Assembly (NCBI GenBank): GCA_017556745.1
Contig: JAFYMF010000010.1
Coordinates: 21,229 to 85,228, forward strand
DNA length: 64,000 nucleotides
Direction of reading: 5' to 3'
Source of the DNA: Clostridia bacterium
GTDB taxonomy: Bacteria; Bacillota; Clostridia; Oscillospirales; CAG-272
The first letter of the stretch is position 1. Each line of letters opens with the position of its first letter. A program made the position numbers and the translations under genes. The notes below the pieces were generated by a model that had not been told where the DNA came from, did not search any database, and saw only the letters and a list, made by a program, of their open reading frames with translations. Below are positions 1-8,909 of this stretch, piece by piece.

Positions 1-327
1 GCACCATTCAAAGGAAACGGTATATTCATCATAACACAACTGCCACAAAAAGCCGTTTGTGGCATCACCAAAGGCGAGTGGCCTGTTTTCTTCGGCTGCA
101 CAAATCAGAGAAAATTCTTTTTCGTTGGTTTCAAGGTAATATCCCTTCTTATACCGCATGGTACAAGCAAACAGCGGATGCTCACACAGGGATTGCTTGA
201 CTGCTTCATATAAGCGTGCTACGTCCACCGGCTCCTTCAGCTTAGCCTGAAAAAAAGGATTATTCTCAATTTTTGTTTTGTTGACAGCGATCGGATACAG
301 ATCCATCACGCCCAACTGATACCTCAT
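1..327 (-). CDS. condensation-domain-like (HxxxD-type) acyltransferase, N-terminal 109 codons; 3' end lies outside the window
   Basis: Not in ORF track because truncated. Reverse-strand ATG at 325-327 preceded by AGGAG; frame open to position 1. Product MRYQLGVMDLYPIAVNKTKIENNPFFQAKLKEPVDVARLYEAV...YTVSFEWC aligns by eye with the first ~105 residues of the 1688-2950 product, stopping just before that protein's HxxxDG motif. Confidence 0.6.
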   Translation of the reverse strand, partial: MRYQLGVMDLYPIAVNKTKIENNPFFQAKLKEPVDVARLYEAVKQSLCEHPLFACTMRYKKGYYLETNEKEFSLICAAEENRPLAFGDATNGFLWQLCYDEYTVSFEWC

Positions 328-454
328 TTTTATCACACTCCTTTTTGGAGAGATACTTTTTTCATTGCCCTTCACATTGATCACAGCAATGGCTATTTGA
401 AATCAAACTTCAAAGGGTTAGTTGTTTTTGTACACCCTTGCACCTTCCAGAGTA

Positions 455-751
455 TTATTCAATCGTTAAAATATCTGAAAAACCGGTCATTTCAAAAACA
501 TCCATAATCTCTGTGCAAACGTTAGTCACCTTCATAGAACCCAACTTCTGCATCTTTTTCTGCGCTCCGAGAAGGACACGAAGTCCTGCACTGGAGATGT
601 ACACAAGCTGTTTGAAATCGAAAACAAGATTCTCTGCATCTGCGATGTCTTCGTTAATGATTTTGTCCAAATCGGGTGCAGTGGTTGTGTCAAGTCTTCC
701 TGCCAACTCGATAGTGGTTTCTTCTGCGGTTTTCTTAATTTCGATAGTCAT
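455..751 (-). CDS. STAS-domain anti-sigma-factor antagonist (SpoIIAA/RsbV-like)
   Basis: 98 aa; GRLDTTTAPDL ... FDFKQLVYISSAGLRVLL matches the STAS fold signature with the phosphorylatable Ser in the SSAGL motif; 14 nt downstream of the kinase gene. Confidence 0.85.
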   Translation of the reverse strand: MTIEIKKTAEETTIELAGRLDTTTAPDLDKIINEDIADAENLVFDFKQLVYISSAGLRVLLGAQKKMQKLGSMKVTNVCTEIMDVFEMTGFSDILTIE

Positions 752-765
752 TTCAGTTATCTCCT

Positions 766-1173
766 TTATATTTTCTTAATCATAGTAAGTATGTTTTTAT
801 TGTTTTCGTAGGCATAATTTATCTCATCCATTGTCTTCTTGGCGATAAGGATACCAAGACCACCTATCTCACGTTCTTCGGCTGATAGAGTAATGTTTGG
901 ATCCGGTTTCTTTAGTGGATCAAACGGTATGCCATTATCGATTATACGGAATATGATAGCGTGGCTTTTTTCATCGAAGCTAATGCCAAGCTCCATATTT
1001 CCGTCTCCGTCGCCGTAGGCGTAGTATGCAATATTGACAAATACTTCTTCTATAGCAACACAAATTGCTGTTTGGACTCTTATAGGGCAGTCGTAAAGTT
1101 CTATCGTACGCTCTACAAAGCCGAGAACCTCCGGCAATGTATCGATTTTTGCGGAAAAAGTTTTCTTCGTCAT
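766..1173 (-). CDS. anti-sigma regulatory factor, Ser/Thr protein kinase (RsbW/SpoIIAB-like HATPase_c)
   Basis: 135 aa; EEVFVNIAYYAY, IIDNGIPFDP and EREIGGLGILIAKKTMDE correspond to N-box and G-boxes of the GHKL anti-sigma kinases. Confidence 0.8.
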   Translation of the reverse strand: MTKKTFSAKIDTLPEVLGFVERTIELYDCPIRVQTAICVAIEEVFVNIAYYAYGDGDGNMELGISFDEKSHAIIFRIIDNGIPFDPLKKPDPNITLSAEEREIGGLGILIAKKTMDEINYAYENNKNILTMIKKI

Positions 1174-1184
1174 GTGTTATTTAG

Positions 1185-1403
1185 CTACTCGTTTTCTCCT
1201 TTCCTTTCAAGAATGTCCATAATTTCGTCAATGTTGCACTTCAACGCTTTACAAACCTTTACGAGTACATCGGTAGTGACATTTTCGTTCTTACCGAGCT
1301 TAGCAAGTTGTCTTGTAGAAATGCCTGCTTTCACACGCAATTCACCTTTGCTCATTTCCAAATCGATAAGTTTTTTCCAAAGTTTATTATAACTTACAGC
1401 CAT
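1185..1403 (-). CDS. XRE-family helix-turn-helix transcriptional regulator (72 aa)
   Basis: Track ORF 1185-1541 trimmed to the internal ATG at 1401-1403, which has an AGGAAGGTG RBS. MAVSYNKLWKKLIDLEMSKGELRVKAGISTRQLAKLGKNENVTTDVLVKVCKALKCNIDEIM is a typical Cro/C1 HTH. Confidence 0.75.
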   Translation of the reverse strand: MAVSYNKLWKKLIDLEMSKGELRVKAGISTRQLAKLGKNENVTTDVLVKVCKALKCNIDEIMDILERKGENE

Positions 1404-1687
1404 AATGCACCTTCCTAATGAAATAGATGTCTTATTATAACATGTATATACGAATTCCACAATAGATTTTAGAGCAGAAATGCAACTTTTAATTGCACTT
1501 CTGCAATTTGTCGTTTTGGAAGCGATATCGGTAAATATCATTGCCTTTTTCGTTTAGCAAACAACAAACCACCAATAGATACCGCAAAGCAGTTGAATCA
1601 TTTATATTTTCTGTGTATAATAGTTTAAAATAAAGGTCTATGAATGATTTTACACAGTTTATATCGCTGTAGTATTGAGGAGAATTT

Positions 1688-2950
1688 ATGAAGTTTAAAC
1701 CTAATCCGTTACTTTATGGAGCTAACGAAGATTTTTTAAGCACATTTAGGCTTGCGATACGGATGAAAGATACAGTGGATTATGATATGCTGTCTCACTC
1801 TGTAGAGAAAGCAATAGTGCGTTATCCATATTTTTGTGTTTTTCCCGAACGTGAAGATGAGAATATTGTGTTGCGTTATAACAACCAACCTGTGCCGGTT
1901 TTCAGGGATGATCGCACCGTGACGTTGGGAAGCAAGGAAAGCAGTGGACACCTGATTTCCTTTGGTTGTAAGAATAACACCATTTTTATTGACTGCAGCC
2001 ACTATCTTGCCGATGGAATGGGCGTATCACCCTTGATGATGAGTTTGCTCTATTTGTATGTTTCGGAACGCTACGGAGCAGAGGGACTAAAAGCGGAACG
2101 AATTAGAATGTCCGACAGTCCGATTTGCGACGGAGAGCATATTTATCCGTTCCCTGATAGTGCGATAAACAACGAAGCACTCCGTGTTCTTCCCAAAGAA
2201 CCTGATGAAGTTTATGGCTTGGATCCGGCTGTGTTTGATGAGAAAGGATTATATGCTTATCACTTGCATATTCCACAAAATGAAATGATAGCTAAGGCAA
2301 GTTCGTCTGACGGCAGCCCTGTTTCTTTTCTTTCGGTATTGCTTTATCGGGCGCTTCATCGACTTGACCACAACATTGACAGGCCGGTTGTGGCACACGT
2401 GCAGCATCAATATCGTGCCGTGTTGCGCACGCCTATGAGTCACCATAGCCTCGTCAACTACATTTCGGTAGCAATGACCCCTCGTTTAAACAAATGGGAC
2501 GTTGAAAAGCAGAATACTGTTGTGCGAGGACAAGTAATTCTCAAAGGCGATAAGGATTCTGATATCGCATCGATCAACCGGCTTATAGAGGCATTTCCAA
2601 ATGAATCCTCGCTTGACGACAAGAAGGGTGCTATGGCTCGCTTTGCAGAAAAGAGTGTTCTTGGAAAAACTTTTGGCATTAGCTATGTAGGCAAAATGGA
2701 TTGGTGTGGTCTTGAACACTATGTTGAAGACCTCCACGCATACATCGGCGAAAAACACACCAAAAATATGTTGCTTATTGAGGTAATGACCGTTGGAGAA
2801 GACTTTTCGTTGACCTTTATGCAAAGTGGCAAAGGCGAAAAATATCTGAATGCTTTTATGGATGAGATACGTTCGCTTGGCATCTCCGTCAATTTAGTGG
2901 GCGAGGAAAGATATAATCTTTGCAATACCAATTTAGCAATTGAAAAATAG
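1688..2950 (+). CDS. condensation-domain-like acyltransferase (HxxxDG motif), function unknown
   Basis: 420 aa; FIDCSHYLADGMG is the HxxxDG catalytic motif of condensation/WS-DGAT/alcohol acetyltransferase-type enzymes; paralog of the truncated gene at 1-327. Confidence 0.6.
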   Translation: MKFKPNPLLYGANEDFLSTFRLAIRMKDTVDYDMLSHSVEKAIVRYPYFCVFPEREDENIVLRYNNQPVPVFRDDRTVTLGSKESSGHLISFGCKNNTIFIDCSHYLADGMGVSPLMMSLLYLYVSERYGAEGLKAERIRMSDSPICDGEHIYPFPDSAINNEALRVLPKEPDEVYGLDPAVFDEKGLYAYHLHIPQNEMIAKASSSDGSPVSFLSVLLYRALHRLDHNIDRPVVAHVQHQYRAVLRTPMSHHSLVNYISVAMTPRLNKWDVEKQNTVVRGQVILKGDKDSDIASINRLIEAFPNESSLDDKKGAMARFAEKSVLGKTFGISYVGKMDWCGLEHYVEDLHAYIGEKHTKNMLLIEVMTVGEDFSLTFMQSGKGEKYLNAFMDEIRSLGISVNLVGEERYNLCNTNLAIEK

Positions 2951-2988
2951 ACACGTTATATAAAGCAAGATAAACTTCAAACTAAATC

Positions 2989-3030
2989 AAAAGGCGGCAG
3001 AGAGAAATCAATCTCCTTGCCGCCTTTATT
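2989..3030. terminator. bidirectional intrinsic terminator between convergent genes
   Basis: aaggcggca ... tgccgcctt stem followed by tttatt; A-run on the other side. Confidence 0.6.
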
Positions 3031-3080
3031 ATATATTCAATTATTGTTTTTACTCCGAAAGAATGGGGTAATCGCAGTCT

Positions 3081-3583
3081 TTATTCTTCGTCTTCAGCTT
3101 CCTTGGTGTCGGCCGCTACGGGAACTACCTTTTTCTTATTGTAGTACACAACAAGGAAGATAGCAACGCCGGAAGCGATGAGCGCGAGAAGAGCAACAAT
3201 CATTGTGAGAGAGTCCTCGCCGAAGATTGAGCCGACAAAGCCCGTTTCGCCAAATGCGATAGGAGGCAAAGCGGTATTATTATCGGAGGAGCAGTTTATA
3301 AATGTTACGCGACTTTCATCGTTGAAGGTGGAGCTGCCAAGCTCGCAGTCGTTGAGCTCAACTTCGCCGCCCTTCTCTAAATAGAAGTCTACGTAGATTG
3401 CAACGCTGTAAGCGAAATCATATCCTTCGAATTTATTGCCTTCGAATACAACGTCCTTCAAATATGCTGTCGAATCGTTCAGATAAATTCCACCGTAAGG
3501 AGTTCGGTTGCGGCAAATGCGGTAATGGAAAGCGCACCTACCAACAGACAAATTGCCATAAGGGTTGCAAAAATTTTCTTCAT
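3081..3583 (-). pseudogene. secreted, C-terminally membrane-anchored beta-helix-like protein interrupted by a frameshift
   Basis: ATG at 3581-3583 (RBS AAGGACAGG) encodes the signal peptide MKKIFATLMAICLLVGALSITAFAATELL and hits a stop at 3479. The body (PYGGIYLNDSTAYLKDVVFEGNKF ... TM segment IVALLALIASGVAIFLVVYY) continues in another frame (ORF 3081-3551). Confidence 0.6.
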
Positions 3584-3644
3584 AATTATGTTCCTGTCCT
3601 TAATTGTATTTAAAGAAGGCTTGATAGTCGAATGTACCGATATA

Positions 3645-3689
3645 AAAAGAAAAAGGGCAAGAAAAAAGAGAGAAGCCGAAACTTCTCTC
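3645..3689 (-). terminator. intrinsic terminator inside the 5' leader of the 3583 gene (minus strand)
   Basis: Minus-strand RNA gagagaag-uuucgg-cuucucuc followed by uuuuuucuugcccuuuuucuuuuu; lies 62-105 nt upstream of the start codon. Confidence 0.5.
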
Positions 3690-3785
3690 AATTCTCTTGT
3701 CCTTCGCAATGCCCGGTGTTCCTATAAAACATAACTGTCCTTAGCAACCCTGCTCATTAGCAGAACTCTTTTTGTCTTTAGGCTG

Positions 3786-3816
3786 ATACGGTGTTTGAAA
3801 AACACCGTATTTTTTG
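3786..3816 (+). terminator. orphan plus-strand intrinsic terminator with no upstream plus-strand gene
   Basis: atacggtgttt-gaa-aaacaccgtat followed by tttttt. Confidence 0.55.
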
Positions 3817-4023
3817 TCTTTTGGTCAAATAATATATGGCCGTGTATCATAATAAAAACATATTGCTTTTTGAGAAAATAAATGGTAATATTACATAAGT
3901 AGATTCAAATTAAGAAACTGCGGTAAGAAATGTAATTTCAGAGAGCAGATTTACTACGATGAAAATCGGAGTAATAAACAACTTGTACACTTTTTTACTT
4001 TAAGCAAAGGAAGGATTCACCGC

Positions 4024-7000
4024 ATGAAAATGAGAAGAACGATATCGTTTGCTGTTGCTTTGGTCATGGTACTTTCTTTAATGATGCCCATCCTTACGGT
4101 ATCTGCGGCAGAAGAAGAACCGCTGAAAAAGAGAGTTACGTACTATACCGAAGAAAAAATCAAGAACGCACGTGATAATATTGAAAAATATGACTGGGCG
4201 AAAGAAATCGCAAACCCAATTATAGAAAAAGCCGATAAGTTTGTTTCAATGGGATATGCTTTTATATGGGATAACCTTGCTTCTCAGGGACTTCCTCGTT
4301 CCGCCGGTGTAAACCAGCCTATGGGATGTCTCAACTGTGGAAAGGCTATCGATGCATACGGAAACTATCCGTATGTTTATGATCCTATTGAAAGTCCGTG
4401 GACACTGACCTGTCCGTCCTGCCAAATGGTGTTTCCTACCAATGATTTCGAATCGTTCTATTTTTCCGCACTTGATGAGAATGGAAATTTTGACGAATCA
4501 AGAGGAGATAAGCAATATCTTAAAAACATCAGATATCCCGAAAAGGGTGAAGACTGGGGTGTTGATGACGGCTGGGGATACGTTCATACCGATGGAGAAA
4601 TATATCTCTTTGCAGCTTATTACAATCACGAAGCAAACTACCGTTATACCCTTAATGATGCAATAAGTGCGGCATATCAGGCTTATCTTTACACAGGAGA
4701 GCAGAAATATGCTGACTGGGTAATAGTTGCTCTTGATAGGATCGCTCAGATATATCCCGATATGACCATATCCAACCAAAAAGCCAGGGACGGATTTGTT
4801 CACTCCAGCAAAAAAGGTGATTCCGGTAAAATAATGGGTGGTATATGGGAGACAAGTACCGTCAGACCATACCTTTTTGCGTATGATGCTGTGTACAATG
4901 CCTATAATTCTATGTCTGATGAGGCGAAAGAATTTCTGAAGACAGTTTCCCACGGTGAACGTGATACATACAAGAAACTTATGTGTCATGTAGAACAGGG
5001 ACTTTTCATGGAGATATTTCCCGCGGTCAGAGATGAATTAATTTTCGGAAATCAGGGTATGCATCAGTATACTCTTGCCACGGCAGCAGTAATACTGGAT
5101 GATAAAACTCTTACAAAAGAGTGGCTTGATTTCATATTTGATCCCGAATCCGGAGACAGTGGAAATATTAACGGCATCCTCATGGATTATGTTGACAGAA
5201 ACGGCTTCGGAGATGAGGGCGCACCCGGATATAACGCGCTTTGGATAGACGACTTTATGGGAGTTGCCGACGTTCTTAACGGATATAATATCGGTGGAGA
5301 CGGCGAAAGCTACGATCTTTTCAAAAATTTAAAGTTCAAAAAGATGATCTACGCTTTTATTGATCTTATAGTGTCCGACAGATATATTCCGGCAATAGGA
5401 GATACAGGTCAGACAGGTCTTGCGATCATTGATACACAAACAAGTAGTTTTGTTACTGCGTATTCGGTCTATGATGACCCTCGTCTTGCTCAGTTAATCT
5501 ATCTCAAGAATTATAATGGTACAGAAGGACTCCCTCTCAATATATTTGATGCCAATGCAGGGGAGTTGGCGGCGAAAATAGAAAACGTCATAAAAGAAGA
5601 AGGACCGCTGACAGTTGAGTCTGTGAACCTTACAGGTCAAGGCTTTGCTTGCGTAAAGGGATTCGATGACGAAGAGGGTACGGAAGCGAAAAATTCCGAA
5701 ACTGCTGTATACATCAATTACGGAAGAAACGGTGGAGGACACGGTCATAAGGATGCGCTGAATCTTGGGCTTTTCGCTTTTGATATCGACCTTATGCCCG
5801 ATCTCGGATACCCTGAATTTGCTGATGGCTCATCTCACAACAAATACTTCGTTAATAATACTATTAGCCACAATACGGTAATGGTAAGTGAGTATGCTCA
5901 GAAAGGTCAAACAGTGGGAACCCCTCACCTCTTTGACGATAGCGATTTTGTTAAGGTTATATCTGCGAGTGCCGACGTTAATTTGTTAACAAAGGAATTC
6001 AAGAGAACGACTGCTACCGTAAAATACGGTGAGGGAATGTATTATCTTGTGGATTTCTTTGCTATAAAGGGCGGTTATCAGCATACATACATACTTCACG
6101 GTGCGGAAAGCTCCGCTGTAACTCCCGGAGGAATCGATCTTGTTCAGCAGGAGGGCGGAACGCTTCACGACGATCTTTCAATTGAATTCGGTGCTCTCGG
6201 CGTTCCCTATGAGTACACGGGATATCAGTGGTTTAAAAACGTAAGAAAGACCGATAATGTAATGGGTGACTTTACCATAGACTGGTCAATAGTGGATACA
6301 TGGATGCATTCAGAAGCAGAAGATGTGCATCTGAAGGTGCACATGCTCGGAGAATACGACAGCGTAGCTCTCGCTGATGGTGTTCCTCCCAGAAATAAAC
6401 CCAGAAATCCTGAAAAACTTACATATCTCTTTGTGACAAGAGAAAACGAAAATCATTCATCCTATACGCTTGAAAGTATGTTCAATTCGGTAATAGAGCC
6501 TTACAGCGAAACTCCTATGGTAGTATCTGCAGAGCAGATACCCGTGTATGAAAAAGGCTCGAATGAACCTTTGGTAAGCAATGATGTAAAGGCTGTAAAG
6601 GTTGTTCTTGCAAACGGCAGAACCGATATTATTGCATACAACAACGTAAACGACAGTAAAACGTATAATGTTGACGGAATATTCGATTTCACCGGATCAC
6701 TTGTTGTTTACTCCGTTCTTGAAGACGAAAAAGTTGTATATACAAACGATGCATACGTTTTCGAAGGAACTGATGAAGACAGAAGAATAACCGGAACAGT
6801 GGATGATTTTACAAAAGAGCTTACCGACGAGAACTACATAACCGTAACGCTTAACAGTGATTTTCCTGCAGAAGAGCTTGCGGGTGAGTATATTTACATA
6901 GACAGACTCAAAGCTGCAGACTTTAATGCGTGCTATAAGATAGAATCTGCGGAAAAGCTTTCTGATGGAAAATATTCTCTCTTTATAGGTGATGTTACCC

Positions 7001-7323
7001 CTATAGAAAGACTTACCACACCCAAAGATACGATAGAGGGCGATTATTTTTACTCCATAGCTGAAAATCAGAACTTCTACATTCCTCTTTCTAAAACTGT
7101 AGGTGATGCGGAGAAAGTATATTTCGGAGCAGAAAATAATTCCGAGGATATCGGTGGCTATGAAACTAACCCGGGTTATGAAACTAACCCCGGTGATGAA
7201 ATCCCAAATGAAGAAGAAAGGAAAGGGAATGACAGCGGCATTGTAGTATGGATAGCTGTGATTGCCGTTATCGTTGTTGCTGCCGGAATTGTTATTGTAG
7301 TTTTAAAGAGAAAAAAGAACTGA
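4024..7323 (+). CDS. heparinase II/III-family (polysaccharide-lyase-like) surface protein with signal peptide and C-terminal TM anchor
   Basis: 1099 aa; signal peptide MKMRRTISFAVALVMVLSLMMPILTVSAAEE; NYGRNGGGHGHKDALNLGLFAFDIDLMPDLGYPEF is the heparinase II/III-like signature; C-terminal IVVWIAVIAVIVVAAGIVIVVLKRKKN anchor. Confidence 0.7.
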   Translation: MKMRRTISFAVALVMVLSLMMPILTVSAAEEEPLKKRVTYYTEEKIKNARDNIEKYDWAKEIANPIIEKADKFVSMGYAFIWDNLASQGLPRSAGVNQPMGCLNCGKAIDAYGNYPYVYDPIESPWTLTCPSCQMVFPTNDFESFYFSALDENGNFDESRGDKQYLKNIRYPEKGEDWGVDDGWGYVHTDGEIYLFAAYYNHEANYRYTLNDAISAAYQAYLYTGEQKYADWVIVALDRIAQIYPDMTISNQKARDGFVHSSKKGDSGKIMGGIWETSTVRPYLFAYDAVYNAYNSMSDEAKEFLKTVSHGERDTYKKLMCHVEQGLFMEIFPAVRDELIFGNQGMHQYTLATAAVILDDKTLTKEWLDFIFDPESGDSGNINGILMDYVDRNGFGDEGAPGYNALWIDDFMGVADVLNGYNIGGDGESYDLFKNLKFKKMIYAFIDLIVSDRYIPAIGDTGQTGLAIIDTQTSSFVTAYSVYDDPRLAQLIYLKNYNGTEGLPLNIFDANAGELAAKIENVIKEEGPLTVESVNLTGQGFACVKGFDDEEGTEAKNSETAVYINYGRNGGGHGHKDALNLGLFAFDIDLMPDLGYPEFADGSSHNKYFVNNTISHNTVMVSEYAQKGQTVGTPHLFDDSDFVKVISASADVNLLTKEFKRTTATVKYGEGMYYLVDFFAIKGGYQHTYILHGAESSAVTPGGIDLVQQEGGTLHDDLSIEFGALGVPYEYTGYQWFKNVRKTDNVMGDFTIDWSIVDTWMHSEAEDVHLKVHMLGEYDSVALADGVPPRNKPRNPEKLTYLFVTRENENHSSYTLESMFNSVIEPYSETPMVVSAEQIPVYEKGSNEPLVSNDVKAVKVVLANGRTDIIAYNNVNDSKTYNVDGIFDFTGSLVVYSVLEDEKVVYTNDAYVFEGTDEDRRITGTVDDFTKELTDENYITVTLNSDFPAEELAGEYIYIDRLKAADFNACYKIESAEKLSDGKYSLFIGDVTPIERLTTPKDTIEGDYFYSIAENQNFYIPLSKTVGDAEKVYFGAENNSEDIGGYETNPGYETNPGDEIPNEEERKGNDSGIVVWIAVIAVIVVAAGIVIVVLKRKKN
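7156..7191 (+). repeat. 18-nt tandem duplication inside the coding sequence (GYETNP x2)
   Basis: ggctatgaaactaacccg / ggttatgaaactaacccc. Confidence 0.8.
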
Positions 7324-7401
7324 TAAGAAGTATTTGATAAGCAAAATCAGGGAACCGCTTTCAGAGCTTACTGATTTTATACTCATACATAACAGAATAA
7401 T

Positions 7402-7436
7402 AAAAATACGGTATTTGACAAAATACCGTATTTTTA
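7402..7436 (+). terminator. intrinsic terminator after the heparinase-like gene
   Basis: aaaaatacggtattt-gaca-aaataccgtattttt. Confidence 0.75.
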
Positions 7437-7502
7437 TTTACAATTCAGCTTCTGAATGATATAATAAAAGAGTATTTTAATTTGAATTTTCAGTGGGTAA
7501 TT

Positions 7503-8876
7503 ATGCTAAAAAACAGCGATAAAAAACTCTTTGCGATAATATTTACCCTTGCCTGGCCAACAATGCTTGAGCAGTTTATGCAGACTGCGGTACAGTACGT
7601 TGATACCGCGATGGTTGGCTCCCTCGGCACCTCGTCAACTGCGGCGGTAGGAGCGACCGGAACAATAAACTGGCTTATCGGCGGAACAGTGTCTGCTCTC
7701 GGAATAGGATTTCTTGCGTTTATTTCCCAGGCAAACGGTGCAAAAAGGTATGACGACGTAAAAAAAGCCTCGGCACAGTCGGTTCTCGCCGTTTTTGTGT
7801 CGGGAATATTCTTTACTGTTCTCACTCTTTCTCTCAGTGGAATGATCCCGGTGTGGATGCATGCAGATGAAGAAATCCGTCCTCTTGCCTCACAGTATTT
7901 CTTTATACTTTACGCCCCGATGCTTCCGCGTGCGGCAAGCCTTATATTCGGTATGGTGATCCGTTCTTCGGGTGATACAAAGACACCTATGGTCATTGGC
8001 TTTATCGTAAATATTGTAAACGTTGTACTCAACTTTTTCCTGATATACCAAAGCAGAACGGTAGAAATATTTAATGTGAATATTATGTTGCCCGGTGCCG
8101 GGCTTGGAGTTATCGGTGCGGCACTTGCCAGTGCAGCTGCATATACACTCGGTGGTATTCTTATAACTGTGGCTTTGTTCAGACATCCTGTACTATCTCC
8201 CCGTGGGGCATCTCTATGTCCTGATTTGAAGATACTTCGCCCTTGTCTCAGAGTGGCTTTTCCAAATATGCTTCAGCGATTCGGTACCTCTCTGGGTTAC
8301 GTTGTTTTTGCATCAATGATAAACTCACTCGGTGATGTATCTACTGCGGCACATACAATCGCAAACACTGTCGAGTCTGCGTTCTATATTCCGGGATACG
8401 GTATGCAGACTGCTTCTGCAACCCTTGCAGGTAACGCCATAGGTGAGGGCGACAGGAGGAAAATGCGAGATTATGTTCGTATAACCGTGATTATTGAAAC
8501 GCTGATGATGCTTGTATCGGGTGGACTACTGTTTATCTTTGCACCTGCTATGGTTGGGATATTTTCGACAGATACGGCAGTTATTTTGCTTGGCTCCACC
8601 GTCCTTCGCATGGTTGCACTGTCAGAACCATTTTTCGGAATATCTATCGTTCTTGAGGGAGTTATGCAAGGTGCGGGAAAAACTGCCATGCCGTTTGTTT
8701 TCAATATTATCGGTATGTGGGGAATACGAATAGTCGGTACCTTTATATGTATCGTGTTTTTCTCGCTCGGACTTGTTTCTGCTTGGGCGTGTATGATAAC
8801 CCATAATATAATTCTTTTCCTTATGTTTGTTATATATTATCTGCGTGGAAAGTGGTATCCTACAGCAGAAAATTAA
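7503..8876 (+). CDS. MATE-family efflux transporter
   Basis: Polytopic membrane protein; N-terminus MLKNSDKKLFAIIFTLAWPTMLEQFMQTAVQYVDTAMVG is the canonical MATE start. The track ORF begins at TTG 7482; ATG 7503 preferred. Confidence 0.85.
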   Translation: MLKNSDKKLFAIIFTLAWPTMLEQFMQTAVQYVDTAMVGSLGTSSTAAVGATGTINWLIGGTVSALGIGFLAFISQANGAKRYDDVKKASAQSVLAVFVSGIFFTVLTLSLSGMIPVWMHADEEIRPLASQYFFILYAPMLPRAASLIFGMVIRSSGDTKTPMVIGFIVNIVNVVLNFFLIYQSRTVEIFNVNIMLPGAGLGVIGAALASAAAYTLGGILITVALFRHPVLSPRGASLCPDLKILRPCLRVAFPNMLQRFGTSLGYVVFASMINSLGDVSTAAHTIANTVESAFYIPGYGMQTASATLAGNAIGEGDRRKMRDYVRITVIIETLMMLVSGGLLFIFAPAMVGIFSTDTAVILLGSTVLRMVALSEPFFGISIVLEGVMQGAGKTAMPFVFNIIGMWGIRIVGTFICIVFFSLGLVSAWACMITHNIILFLMFVIYYLRGKWYPTAEN

Positions 8877-8909
8877 AATTATCATAATTTTATAAAAGGA
8901 GACTGCAAC

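Noticed and set aside
1404-1541. 46-codon N-terminal extension of the XRE gene in the ORF track
   Set aside because: The extension (MIFTDIASKTTNCRSAIKSC...) has no RBS and is not part of an HTH fold. The internal ATG at 1403 has a strong RBS and gives a standard 72-aa XRE protein.
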